From assembly GCA_035491895.1 (NCBI GenBank), contig DATJJY010000094.1:33025-97024 (forward strand): a DNA stretch of 64,000 nt. Direction: 5' to 3'. A model generated the notes under the pieces. The model had not been told where the DNA came from and searched no databases. It saw only the letters and a list, made by a program, of their open reading frames with translations. This document shows positions 30,321 through 39,372 of this stretch, one piece after another (positions within the stretch are counted from its first letter, which is position 1; the number at the start of each line of letters is the position of its first letter). The position numbers and the translations under genes were made by a program. The stretch comes from Gemmatimonadales bacterium. GTDB lineage: Bacteria > Gemmatimonadota > Gemmatimonadetes > Gemmatimonadales > GWC2-71-9.

Positions 30321-33296
30321 GTGAACGCGTTCGCAGATTTGTTCGCCGGCGGGGGCGAGATGGGCGCCCTCATGCGCTCGACCGACTGGGCGAAGACACG
30401 GCTCGGTCCGGTCGAGGGCTGGCCGAGCAGTCTCCGCACCATGCTGGGAGTGGTCCTCGGTAGCCGATTCCCCATGCTGCTGTGGTGGGGCCCCGACCTG
30501 CTGCACCTGTACAACGACGCCTACCGTCCGATCCTGCGGAACAAGCACCCCGCCTCGCTGGCCGCACCGGCCGCGGAGGTGTGGGCCGAGGTCTGGGATG
30601 TCGCCGGCCCCATGGCGCGCAGCGTCCAGGAGGGAGGTCCCGCGACCTGGACGGAGGACCTCCAGCTCTTCATCAACAGCGGAGGCATGGCCGAGGAGAC
30701 GTACTTTACTTTTTCGTACAGCCCCGTTCCGGGCGATGACGGACGAGTCGGCGGTCTCCTCAATACGGTGCAGGAAACGACCGCGAAGGTCCAAGGCGAA
30801 CGCCAGATCCGGATGCTGCACGACCTGGCGGCGCGGGCGGCCGAGGCCAAGTCCGAACACGAAGCGTACGGTAGAGTGATGGAGGTGCTCTCGGGCAACG
30901 AATTGGATCTCCCGTTCGCGCTGCTCTATGTGGTGAACGAGCAGGCCGACGAGGCCCGGCTCGTCGGCGCCAGCGGGTGGACGGCGTATGAGGGCGGCGG
31001 CAAGCCGACCCATATCGCGATCACGGAGGATACACGCGCGGCGTCCTGGCCCTTCATGGAGGCCGTGCGAACCGCGCGCGAAGTGATTGTCGACGATCTG
31101 GCCGCGCGCTTCGGACCACTTCCGCCGGGTCGCTGGAATGCGCGACCCGAACGGGCGATCATCCTGCCCCTGCGGCGCGCCGGCCAATCGGTGCCCTATG
31201 CGGTGCTCGTTGCGGGCATCAGCCCGCACCGCGCGTTCGACGATCGGTATCGGATGTTCTTCCAGGTCACCGCCGATCAGGTGGCGAACGTCGTCGCGAA
31301 GGTTCGCGCCTACGAGAGCGAGCGGAAGCGCGCTGAGGCGCTCGCCGAGCTCGATCGAGCCAAGACGACCTTCTTCAGCAACGTCTCCCATGAATTCCGG
31401 ACGCCGCTGACGCTCCTCCTCGGCCCGGTCGAAGACGCCCTGGCGTTGCCCGGCGGAACGCTCCAGGGAGACGACCTCGAGGCGGTGCATCGCAGCGCGC
31501 TGCGGCTCCTGCGACTCGTGAACAGTCTGCTCGACTTCGCCCGCATCGAGGCAGGACGGGTACAGGTGTCGTTCGTCCCGACCGATCTCGCGAGCCTGAC
31601 GGCCGACGTGGCCAGCTCGTTCCGCTCGCTGGTCGAGCGGGCCGGCTTGAGGCTCGTGGTCGATTGTCCTCCGATTGCCGAGCCGGTGTACGTGGACACC
31701 GCGCAGTGGGAGAAAATCACGCTCAACCTCCTCTCCAATGCGTTCAAGTTCACGCTCCGGGGGGAGATCGCCGTCACGCTGCGCGCGCAGGACGATCGTG
31801 TCGAGTTGACCGTGCGCGATACCGGCACCGGGATCCCATCCCACGAGCTGCCGCGAATTTTCGAGCGGTTTCACCGCGTCGCTGGGGCGGCGGGCCGCAG
31901 TTTCGAAGGCACGGGCATCGGTCTTTCATTGGTGCACGATCTGGTGAAGCTGCACGGCGGATCGGTGCGTGTCGCGAGCGTGGAGGGTCAGGGCAGCACG
32001 TTCGTGGTGTCGCTGCCGACCGGCCGCGCGCACCTGCCCGCCGAGCGGGTCGCCGATCGGGCAGCGCCGTCGTCCACGTCGAGCGCGGCGCCGTATCTGC
32101 TGGAGGCCTCGCGGTGGCTCGACACGGGGCAAGACGGCGGGCCGGTGGCCGAGGCGCCCTTCGACGACGATCCCTCTCCTGCCGACCTCCGCACGGCGTC
32201 TCGCCGCGAGCGCGCCCGCGTCCTCGTCGTCGACGACAACGCCGACATGCGGGACTATCTCGCCAAGCTCCTGTCCACGCGCTGGCAGGTGGACGTCGTG
32301 CCCGACGGCCGGGCGGCCCTCACGTCGGCGCTCGGCCATCCGCCCGACCTGGTGCTGAGCGACATCATGATGCCCGGGATGGACGGATTCGCGCTGGTCC
32401 GCGAGCTGCGCGCCCACGCCGCGACCAGTCAGGTGCCCGTGGTGCTGCTTTCAGCGCGGGCCGGCGAGGAGGCGCTGCTCGAAGGGCTCGACACGGGGGC
32501 GGATGACTACCTGGTCAAACCGTTCGCCGCGCGTGAGCTGCTGGCGCGCGTGCACACCCACATCGAGCTGGCGCGGCTGCGGCGGGAATGGGCGAGCGAG
32601 CTGGAGCGTGCCAACAACGAGCTCGAGGCCTTCAGCTATTCGGTCTCCCATGATCTGCGTGCTCCGCTGCGGGCGATCGACGGGTTCAGCCAGGCATTGC
32701 TCGCCGACTACGGGCACACGCTCGACGAGCAGGGACAGGAGTATCTCGTCCGCGTGCGGTCGGCTACGCAGCGCATGGCGCAGCTCATCGATGATCTCCT
32801 GAGCCTCGCAAAAATCACGCGCGCATCGTTGAGTCGTCAGCGTGTGGACCTCACCGCGCTGGCGCGGCAGGTGTTGGGGGAGCTGGGAATTCGCGACCCG
32901 GGTCGAAGGATCGACTGCCTGGTAGCGGATGGCCTCGTCGTCCAGGCGGACCCTCGTCTCCTCAGGGTGATGCTGGCGAATCTCCTGGGCAACGCCTGGA
33001 AGTTCACCGCGAAACAGCGGACCGCGAAGATCGCGGTCGGCCGGGAGACCACGGGAGGCGAAGCGGCGTTCTTCGTCCGCGACAACGGTGCGGGCTTCGA
33101 TATGGCGCACGCCGCGAAGCTCTTCGCGCCGTTCCAGCGCCTCCATTCGGAGGCCGAGTTCGAGGGCACCGGGATCGGGCTCGCCACCGTACATCGCGTC
33201 GTCAGTCGGCACGGCGGTCGCATCTGGGCCGAAGCGTCGCCGGGTCAGGGCGCGACGTTCTTGTTCACGCTCGGCGAACCAGCCGGAGCCGGGTAG
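30321..33296 (+). CDS. Multidomain sensor kinase: PAS-like + GAF + HisKA/HATPase + receiver + second HisKA/HATPase
   Basis: H-box 1 FFSNVSHEFRTPLT with G-box GTGIGLSLV. Receiver VLVVDDNADMRDYL...DLVLSDIMMPGMDG...VKP. H-box 2 FSYSVSHDLRAPLR with G-box GTGIGLATV. Confidence 0.92.
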   Translation: MNAFADLFAGGGEMGALMRSTDWAKTRLGPVEGWPSSLRTMLGVVLGSRFPMLLWWGPDLLHLYNDAYRPILRNKHPASLAAPAAEVWAEVWDVAGPMARSVQEGGPATWTEDLQLFINSGGMAEETYFTFSYSPVPGDDGRVGGLLNTVQETTAKVQGERQIRMLHDLAARAAEAKSEHEAYGRVMEVLSGNELDLPFALLYVVNEQADEARLVGASGWTAYEGGGKPTHIAITEDTRAASWPFMEAVRTAREVIVDDLAARFGPLPPGRWNARPERAIILPLRRAGQSVPYAVLVAGISPHRAFDDRYRMFFQVTADQVANVVAKVRAYESERKRAEALAELDRAKTTFFSNVSHEFRTPLTLLLGPVEDALALPGGTLQGDDLEAVHRSALRLLRLVNSLLDFARIEAGRVQVSFVPTDLASLTADVASSFRSLVERAGLRLVVDCPPIAEPVYVDTAQWEKITLNLLSNAFKFTLRGEIAVTLRAQDDRVELTVRDTGTGIPSHELPRIFERFHRVAGAAGRSFEGTGIGLSLVHDLVKLHGGSVRVASVEGQGSTFVVSLPTGRAHLPAERVADRAAPSSTSSAAPYLLEASRWLDTGQDGGPVAEAPFDDDPSPADLRTASRRERARVLVVDDNADMRDYLAKLLSTRWQVDVVPDGRAALTSALGHPPDLVLSDIMMPGMDGFALVRELRAHAATSQVPVVLLSARAGEEALLEGLDTGADDYLVKPFAARELLARVHTHIELARLRREWASELERANNELEAFSYSVSHDLRAPLRAIDGFSQALLADYGHTLDEQGQEYLVRVRSATQRMAQLIDDLLSLAKITRASLSRQRVDLTALARQVLGELGIRDPGRRIDCLVADGLVVQADPRLLRVMLANLLGNAWKFTAKQRTAKIAVGRETTGGEAAFFVRDNGAGFDMAHAAKLFAPFQRLHSEAEFEGTGIGLATVHRVVSRHGGRIWAEASPGQGATFLFTLGEPAGAG

Positions 33297-33301
33297 ATCA
33301 G

Positions 33302-34705
33302 CTACACCGCCGCTACCTTGATCGCGCGCCACTTGCCCTGCCGGAATCGCAGGGCGCTCAGCGCGCAGCGCGTGATGTGACCGCACAGGATCGCGGTCCA
33401 GATGTCGGCCGGGTGCAGGCCCCGGGTCGTCTGCCAGAACGTGCACAGGCCGATCGGCACGACGATCTGCGACGCGATCGAGATGAACAGGGGCGAGCGG
33501 GTGTCGCCCGTCCCTTGAAGTCCGCCCGTGTAGGTGAGGGCGACGGTCACGAAGAGTCCTGACACGCTCAGGAATCCCAGCAGCTGCACTCCTACCGCGA
33601 CGACCGACGGGTCGGTCATTCCGAACAATCCGAGCAGGGCGCGCGGGATCGTGAGGAACAGCACGCCGATCGTCGCGGCCAGGCCGAGGCCGATCCCGGC
33701 GGCCTTGTGTACACCCTGAATCGACCGCTCCGGCTGTCCCGCCCCGAGATTCTGCCCCGCGACGGTCGCCGCCGCTCCCATCAGTCCGACTGACGTCCAC
33801 GTGATGAACGAGAACAGCTCCGTGTAGCCGATCGCGTAGGCCGCCTGCGCCTGGCCGCTCAGCGGCAGCGACCCGATGAACCGCAGCAGCAGCACGCCGG
33901 CCACGTTCATGGCGACGCCCTGCACTCCCGTGGGCAGGCCGAAGCGGAACAGCTCCCGGATGACCCGCCAGTCGGGCCGCCAGTCCATGCCGCGGTGCCA
34001 CATCACCGGGAGTGATCCGGAGAAGAGCAGGTAGAAGGCGACGACGCTCACGACGAGCCCCGCCACCGTCGTGCCGACGGCTGCGCCCGCAGTTCCCATT
34101 CGCGGTAGCGGCCCGAGCCCCGTGATGAACGCGACGTTGCAGGCCACGTTGAGCACGGTGAGGAGGATGCCGAGGCGCAGCGGGGTCCGGGCATCCCCGG
34201 CGGCCCGGAGCGCGCCGCCGACCATGAAGAAACACAGCGTGCCAAGACTGCCGACGAACATGATGCGGAGAAAAGGCAGCGCCTGTTCGCGCACGGCCGG
34301 GGCCGCGTGCACCACACCGAGCAGCGTCGGGGCGAGGACCCATCCCAGCGGCGCGAGCAGGAAGCCCCACAACGCGACGGCCGCGAGAAACGCCTGGTAC
34401 ACGGTGCGGTTGACCTGCTCGGGCTGGTTGGCGCCGGCGAAGCGGGATACCAATACGCCCATGCCGCTGAACACCGACATGACGAAGACGATGACGACGA
34501 TGAAGATCTGGATCGCCACGCCGATCGCGGCGTTGCCGGCGTAGCCCACGAGGTGGCCGACCAGCGCGTGATCGACCATCCCCTGGAGCCCGCCGATGAG
34601 GTTCTGCATCATCGTGGGCCAGGCCAGCATCCACACGGCGCGGGTCAGCGGTCCTTCGACGATCGAGCGGTCGAGGGGACGAGCGGTTCGTGTGGACGTG
34701 GCCAT
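33302..34705 (-). CDS. MATE-family efflux transporter
   Basis: 467 aa, 12 TM, ...LAWPTMMQNLIGGLQGMVDHALVGHL... is typical of MATE/NorM. Confidence 0.92.
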   Translation of the reverse strand: MATSTRTARPLDRSIVEGPLTRAVWMLAWPTMMQNLIGGLQGMVDHALVGHLVGYAGNAAIGVAIQIFIVVIVFVMSVFSGMGVLVSRFAGANQPEQVNRTVYQAFLAAVALWGFLLAPLGWVLAPTLLGVVHAAPAVREQALPFLRIMFVGSLGTLCFFMVGGALRAAGDARTPLRLGILLTVLNVACNVAFITGLGPLPRMGTAGAAVGTTVAGLVVSVVAFYLLFSGSLPVMWHRGMDWRPDWRVIRELFRFGLPTGVQGVAMNVAGVLLLRFIGSLPLSGQAQAAYAIGYTELFSFITWTSVGLMGAAATVAGQNLGAGQPERSIQGVHKAAGIGLGLAATIGVLFLTIPRALLGLFGMTDPSVVAVGVQLLGFLSVSGLFVTVALTYTGGLQGTGDTRSPLFISIASQIVVPIGLCTFWQTTRGLHPADIWTAILCGHITRCALSALRFRQGKWRAIKVAAV

Positions 34706-34706
34706 G

Positions 34707-36125
34707 CTAGACCGCGCGCTGCTTCCAGCGCCCGCGCCGGAACAGCAGCACGCTCACGAGGGCGAGGGACGAGTACCCGATCGTGATTGCCAGGAAGGCC
34801 CCGAAGGGCCCCAGCCGCAGCACGCGCGCCAGCACGTAGGCGAGCGGAATCTCCCAAAGCCAGAAGCAGGCGAGGTTGATCCACGTCGGCGTCCAGGTGT
34901 CGCCCGCGCCGTTGAACGCGGTGGTCAGCACCATGCCCAGCGCGTAGAACACGAAGCCGTAGCTCATCGTGCGCAGCGCGAGGGCGCCGATCGGGGCGGC
35001 GGCGGCATCCTGCGTGAACAGGCCGACGATCGGCTGGGCGAGGGCGATGAATGCCAGTCCCACGACGCCGAGCACCACCATGTTGTACCGGCCGGCGATC
35101 CACACGGCACGCTCGGCGCGATCGGGGTCCTTGGCCCCGAGTGATTGACCCACCATCGTCGCCGCGGCGTTCGACAGCCCCCAGGACGGGAGGAGACAGA
35201 AGATCACCAACCGGATGGCGATCGTGTACCCGGCCAGCGCCGCGCTCCCGAACGTCGAGATGATGCGCACGATCCCGATGTAGCTCGCCGTGCCCACCAG
35301 CACCTGGAACGTCCCCGAGCCGGAGAGCCGGACCAGGTGGGCCATCAGCGCGGGCCGCAGCGCGATGTGGGGTCGGCGCACGGTGACCCGCGCATCGCCG
35401 CGACGCAGCCGGTACAGCTGGTACAGCACCCCTGAGCCGCGCCCGATCGTCGTGGCGATCGCGGCGCCCGTGACTCCCAAACGGGGGAAGGGGCCGAGGC
35501 CGAAGATCAGACACGGCCCCAGCAGGATGTTGATCGCGTTCGCGAACCAGAGGACCCGCATCGCGATCGCCGCGTCGCCTGCGCCGCGGAAGATCGCGTT
35601 GATGAGAAACAGCAGGAGCACCGTGGCGCTCCCGCCCAGCATCGTGCGGGTGTATCCGGAGCCGATCGCCGTGACCGCTGGTGAGGCGCCCATCAGGGCG
35701 AGGAGTCGCGGGGCGAGTGTAACGCCAAGAACCGCGACCGAGGCCGCGACCACGAGCCCCAGCGCGATGCCCTGGACGGCCGCTTCGGCCGCCGCGTCGG
35801 GGCGCTTTTCGCCGATGCGGCGCGCCACCACCGCCGCCACTCCGATCGACAGCCCCATCGCGGCGGTGTAGACGAGCGTCAGCATCGACTCCGTCAGGCC
35901 GACGGTCGCCACCGCGTCCGGACCGAGGTGCGACACCCAGAACACGTCCACCACTGCGAAGACCGACTCCATCGCCATCTCGAGCACCATCGGGATGGCG
36001 AGCAGGATGATCGCCCGGTTGAGCGAGCCCGCGGTGTAGTCGTGGGGGACGCCGCGCACCGCGTCCTTGACCACGGACCACCATGTGTCCCGGGCTGGCA
36101 ATGTGCTGGTCAACTCCGGATTCAT
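34707..36125 (-). CDS. MATE-family efflux transporter (tandem paralog)
   Basis: The start was moved to MNPELTS (cat 36123-36125). ...LAIPMVLEMAMESVFAVVDVFWVSHLG... The stop lies 1 nt before the next MATE start. Confidence 0.9.
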   Translation of the reverse strand: MNPELTSTLPARDTWWSVVKDAVRGVPHDYTAGSLNRAIILLAIPMVLEMAMESVFAVVDVFWVSHLGPDAVATVGLTESMLTLVYTAAMGLSIGVAAVVARRIGEKRPDAAAEAAVQGIALGLVVAASVAVLGVTLAPRLLALMGASPAVTAIGSGYTRTMLGGSATVLLLFLINAIFRGAGDAAIAMRVLWFANAINILLGPCLIFGLGPFPRLGVTGAAIATTIGRGSGVLYQLYRLRRGDARVTVRRPHIALRPALMAHLVRLSGSGTFQVLVGTASYIGIVRIISTFGSAALAGYTIAIRLVIFCLLPSWGLSNAAATMVGQSLGAKDPDRAERAVWIAGRYNMVVLGVVGLAFIALAQPIVGLFTQDAAAAPIGALALRTMSYGFVFYALGMVLTTAFNGAGDTWTPTWINLACFWLWEIPLAYVLARVLRLGPFGAFLAITIGYSSLALVSVLLFRRGRWKQRAV

Positions 36126-37003
36126 TTCGGCACCCGACGCGCGAGGATGACGCCGGCGAGGCAGAGCACCCCGCCGAATACGGCAACGAGCTGCGGAACT
36201 TCTCCCAGGACGAGCCAGCTCATCCCGATCGTGATCGGCGGGACGAGATACGCGGTGGCGGCGAGTCGGCTCGCCGTACCGCGCGCGAGCGCGTACGCCC
36301 ATGTCGTGAACGCGACGGAGGTTGGAAATACACCCAGGTAGCCCATCCACGCGAGGTCCACGGGTGATGCGGTGCGGACGTCGTGCAGCAGCCGTGGCGC
36401 GTAGGGTAGACAACAGACCACCCCGATGACGCAGCAGGTCCACGTCACCTGCAACGCGCTGAGACGGGACAGAACCGGTTTCTGCGCCACGACGCCTCCG
36501 GCAGACGAAGTCGTGGCGACGACGCACAGCAGCACGCCCCAGAGCGGCGCATTCCCCGACCTGGTAGCGATACCGATGCAGATCACTCCGGCGAACGCCA
36601 CCGCGCCGCCCACGAGCAAGCCGGAGGTCAGCCGCTCCTTCAGGAACAGCGCGGCCAGCGCCATGATCATGAGCGGTGCGATATTCACGACCATCGCCGC
36701 CGTGCCGGCGTCGACCACGCGCTCGGCGCTGTTGAGCGTGACGTTGTACAGCCCGAACCACAGAAAGCCGGCGATGCAGAGCAGTCCCACTTCGCGCCAC
36801 GTTGGTCGGATGGCGCCGCGGCGCAGCAGGAGGATCCCCAGCAGAGTGCTGCCGATCAGGAGGCGGCCCAGCGCCAGGGCACCGGGTGCGAGCGTGCGCG
36901 TCGCGGCGCGGATGCCGACGTAGGCCGAGGACCAGAGACAGATCGAGACGAGCGCGGCCGCGAGTGGCCGCCAATCCTTCGTTTCGCGAGCGGGGGCGGT
37001 CAT
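36122..37003 (-). CDS. EamA/DMT-family transporter
   Basis: The start was moved to MTAPARE (cat 37001-37003). Ten TM segments forming two EamA halves. ATGA overlap with the MATE gene. Confidence 0.88.
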   Translation of the reverse strand: MTAPARETKDWRPLAAALVSICLWSSAYVGIRAATRTLAPGALALGRLLIGSTLLGILLLRRGAIRPTWREVGLLCIAGFLWFGLYNVTLNSAERVVDAGTAAMVVNIAPLMIMALAALFLKERLTSGLLVGGAVAFAGVICIGIATRSGNAPLWGVLLCVVATTSSAGGVVAQKPVLSRLSALQVTWTCCVIGVVCCLPYAPRLLHDVRTASPVDLAWMGYLGVFPTSVAFTTWAYALARGTASRLAATAYLVPPITIGMSWLVLGEVPQLVAVFGGVLCLAGVILARRVPK

Positions 37004-37103
37004 ATTATCGGATACCGAACATATCCCGAAGCCGAGAGCGCCGCAACCGCGATGATATTTCCTGAGCCCCAAGCACGAACCGTTTCACGAGGGATCAGAG
37101 TCC

Positions 37104-37370
37104 ATGTGCAGAAACATCAAGACGCTCGCCAATTTCGAGCCGCCGGCGACGGACGACGAGATTCAAGCATCGGCGATACAGTTCGTTCGCAAGTTGAGCG
37201 GGTCGACGCATCCATCGCGCGCCAACGAGGCGGCGTTCAACACCGCAATCGCGGAAGTCACCGCGTCGGCGCGACGGCTGATCGACGCCCTGACGACCAC
37301 CGCTCCGCCCCGCAATCGTGAGGAAGAGGCGAGAAAGGCGCGGGAGCGGGCTGCGAAGCGGTTCGGCTGA
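37104..37370 (+). CDS. DUF2277-family protein
   Basis: MCRNIKTLANFEPPATDDEIQASAIQFVRKLSG matches the conserved DUF2277 N-terminus. Confidence 0.85.
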   Translation: MCRNIKTLANFEPPATDDEIQASAIQFVRKLSGSTHPSRANEAAFNTAIAEVTASARRLIDALTTTAPPRNREEEARKARERAAKRFG

Positions 37371-37397
37371 TACATTGATGCAACTCACGAGACAGCC

Positions 37398-37970
37398 ATG
37401 ACTACGGCGACCGCATCCCATACCGACCTGTCGTTCCGCGCCAAGCTCAACGGCCCCTGGCACCGGACGGCGCTCCGCATCTTCAGCGTCATCGTGCTCG
37501 CGCACCTCGCCGAGCACATCGTCCAGGCCTGGCAGGTATACGTGCTCGGCTGGCCGTTGATGGAAGCGCGCGGGATTCTGGGGCAGTGGTTCCCCTGGCT
37601 CGTCCATTCCGAAGTCATGCATTACGGCTATGCGCTGATCATGCTGATCGGGCTGTGGCTGTTCCTGCCCGGATTCGTGGGGCGGGCGCGGAAATGGTGG
37701 CTCGCCGCGCTGATCATCCAGTTCTGGCACCACTTCGAGCACTTGCTGCTGCAGGCGCAGGTCGTCTTCGGCCACAATCTCTTCGGCAGGCCGGTGCCGA
37801 CGAGTATCATCCAGCTGTGGATTCCGCGGCTCGAGCTGCATCTCTTCTACAACACCATCGTGTTCATCCCGATGGCGGTGGCGATGTATTACCACCTCCT
37901 CCCGCCGGCGCAGGATCGTCCTCTGGCGCGGTGCAGCTGTGCTCTGCACGCGGAACCCGTGACGGCGTGA
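37398..37970 (+). CDS. Histidine-rich integral membrane protein, unknown function
   Basis: 190 aa, ~5 TM, with clustered His motifs (HLAEH, HSEVMH, WHHFEH, ELHLF). Confidence 0.75.
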   Translation: MTTATASHTDLSFRAKLNGPWHRTALRIFSVIVLAHLAEHIVQAWQVYVLGWPLMEARGILGQWFPWLVHSEVMHYGYALIMLIGLWLFLPGFVGRARKWWLAALIIQFWHHFEHLLLQAQVVFGHNLFGRPVPTSIIQLWIPRLELHLFYNTIVFIPMAVAMYYHLLPPAQDRPLARCSCALHAEPVTA

Positions 37971-38791
37971 CCTCCCGCTGTACCGACTGGAAGCCGTTCG
38001 TCGGTGCGCTCGGTCTCGTGATGGTCACGGCGACCCTGGTCTTCGCGCACGACCTGTTTCTCAAGCCCGAGTCGTATTTCGTCCCGCCGCAGACCACCGT
38101 GCGGATCGCCGTCCTGAACGGCTCGTTCACGGCAAGCGAAGCGTCCGTCACGCCGGACCGGTTGCGCGACCTGAGTCTCGTCGGCCCCGCAGGGCGGCAC
38201 GCGCTCTCGCACGACGCCTGGACGCCGGTCGGCGATTCGACATGGCTCACGGTGCAAACCGGCGGCGCCGGCACCTACTTGATCGGCGCATCGCTCTTGC
38301 CGCGTGCGCTGACGCTCCCCGCCGCTGAATTCAACAGCTACCTGAAAGAGGACGGGATCCCGGACGTCCTGGAAGCGCGCACGCGCCGGGGAGAGCTGGA
38401 CCGGCCGGCCCGCGAGCGATACCAGAAGCATGTCAAGACCATCCTCCAGGCCGGCGAACCGCGCGGTGATGCGTTTGCGACCGTCCTCGGATATCCCGCG
38501 GAGATCGTACCGCTCGCCAATCCCTACGGGGCGCGCATCGGTGACACCGTCGCGTTCCGTTGCCTGCTGGACGGGAAACCGCTGGTGCAGCAGCTCGTGA
38601 TCGCGGGCGGGGAGCGCGACGGGAAGACGATCGCGGATCGCTCGGTCCGCAGTGATTCGGACGGCCTCGTCCGTTTCACACTGGAGTCGGCGGGGAAGTG
38701 GTACGTGAAATTCATTCACATGGAAGCGGTCGCCCGGGACAGCGTCGACTACGAATCGAAGTGGGCGACGCTCACCTTCGAGCTGCGCTGA
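37967..38791 (+). CDS. DUF4198-family periplasmic protein (nickel/cobalt-uptake-associated fold)
   Basis: The GTG at 37967 overlaps the upstream stop (GTGA). Signal peptide ...LVMVTATLVFA/HDLFLKPE. ...GTYLIGASL...AAEFNSYLKEDGIPDVLE...RERYQKHVKT matches DUF4198 as I recall it. Confidence 0.8.
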   Translation: MTSRCTDWKPFVGALGLVMVTATLVFAHDLFLKPESYFVPPQTTVRIAVLNGSFTASEASVTPDRLRDLSLVGPAGRHALSHDAWTPVGDSTWLTVQTGGAGTYLIGASLLPRALTLPAAEFNSYLKEDGIPDVLEARTRRGELDRPARERYQKHVKTILQAGEPRGDAFATVLGYPAEIVPLANPYGARIGDTVAFRCLLDGKPLVQQLVIAGGERDGKTIADRSVRSDSDGLVRFTLESAGKWYVKFIHMEAVARDSVDYESKWATLTFELR

Positions 38792-39372
38792 TGCCGCGCA
38801 GGATTTTCCTGCTGTCGCCCGCTAACTGCAGCGGCAAGCGGGCGGGGTGGTTGCTTCGCGAGGACGGCGGCTCTCCCCTGGCTCAGCGGTTGCGAGCGGA
38901 AGGGGCGACGATCGGCGAAATCTTCACCTTCATGAGCGGGCTGTACTTCCGCGGCAAAATGGCGTATGCCAGGACCTTCGCCGACCCCAATGCCGGTTAC
39001 TCCGGCCTTCACGTCATCGTCCCTGGTCTCGGGCTTTGCCCGCCGGATGTCAAGATCGATCTCCCGGGACTGCGCGCGATCGCGAGGGTTCGAGTCGACC
39101 TCGACGATCGTCGCTACGTCGGTCCCCTGCGGCGCGACACCGCCCTCCTCGCGGCGCGCATGGATCCCTCGGATACCGTCGTGTTGCTCGGCAGCCTCGC
39201 GACGCCCAAATACATCGAGCCGTTGAGGGAGATTCTAGGGGCCCGGCTGTGCTTTCCTGAGGAATTCATCGGGCGGGGTGATATGAGTCGTGGATCGCTG
39301 ATGCTGCGGTGTGCCGCGGAGCGACGCGAGCTGACGTACGTCGCGCACGTGCCCGCGGACAGCCCTGCATGA
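38791..39372 (+). CDS. Conserved hypothetical protein (no recognised domain)
   Basis: 193 aa. TGATG overlap upstream and ATGA overlap downstream. MPRRIFLLSPANCSGKRAGWLL...FMSGLYFRGKMAYA...FIGRGDMSRGSLMLR. Confidence 0.8.
   Translation: MPRRIFLLSPANCSGKRAGWLLREDGGSPLAQRLRAEGATIGEIFTFMSGLYFRGKMAYARTFADPNAGYSGLHVIVPGLGLCPPDVKIDLPGLRAIARVRVDLDDRRYVGPLRRDTALLAARMDPSDTVVLLGSLATPKYIEPLREILGARLCFPEEFIGRGDMSRGSLMLRCAAERRELTYVAHVPADSPA

Noticed and set aside
37004-37103. Guanidine/ykkC-type riboswitch upstream of the EamA-MATE-MATE exporter operon.
   Set aside because: I could not find the conserved ykkC, mini-ykkC (paired ACGR loops) or ykkC-III sequence features. Only a weak 5-bp stem (GGATA/TATCC) is present.
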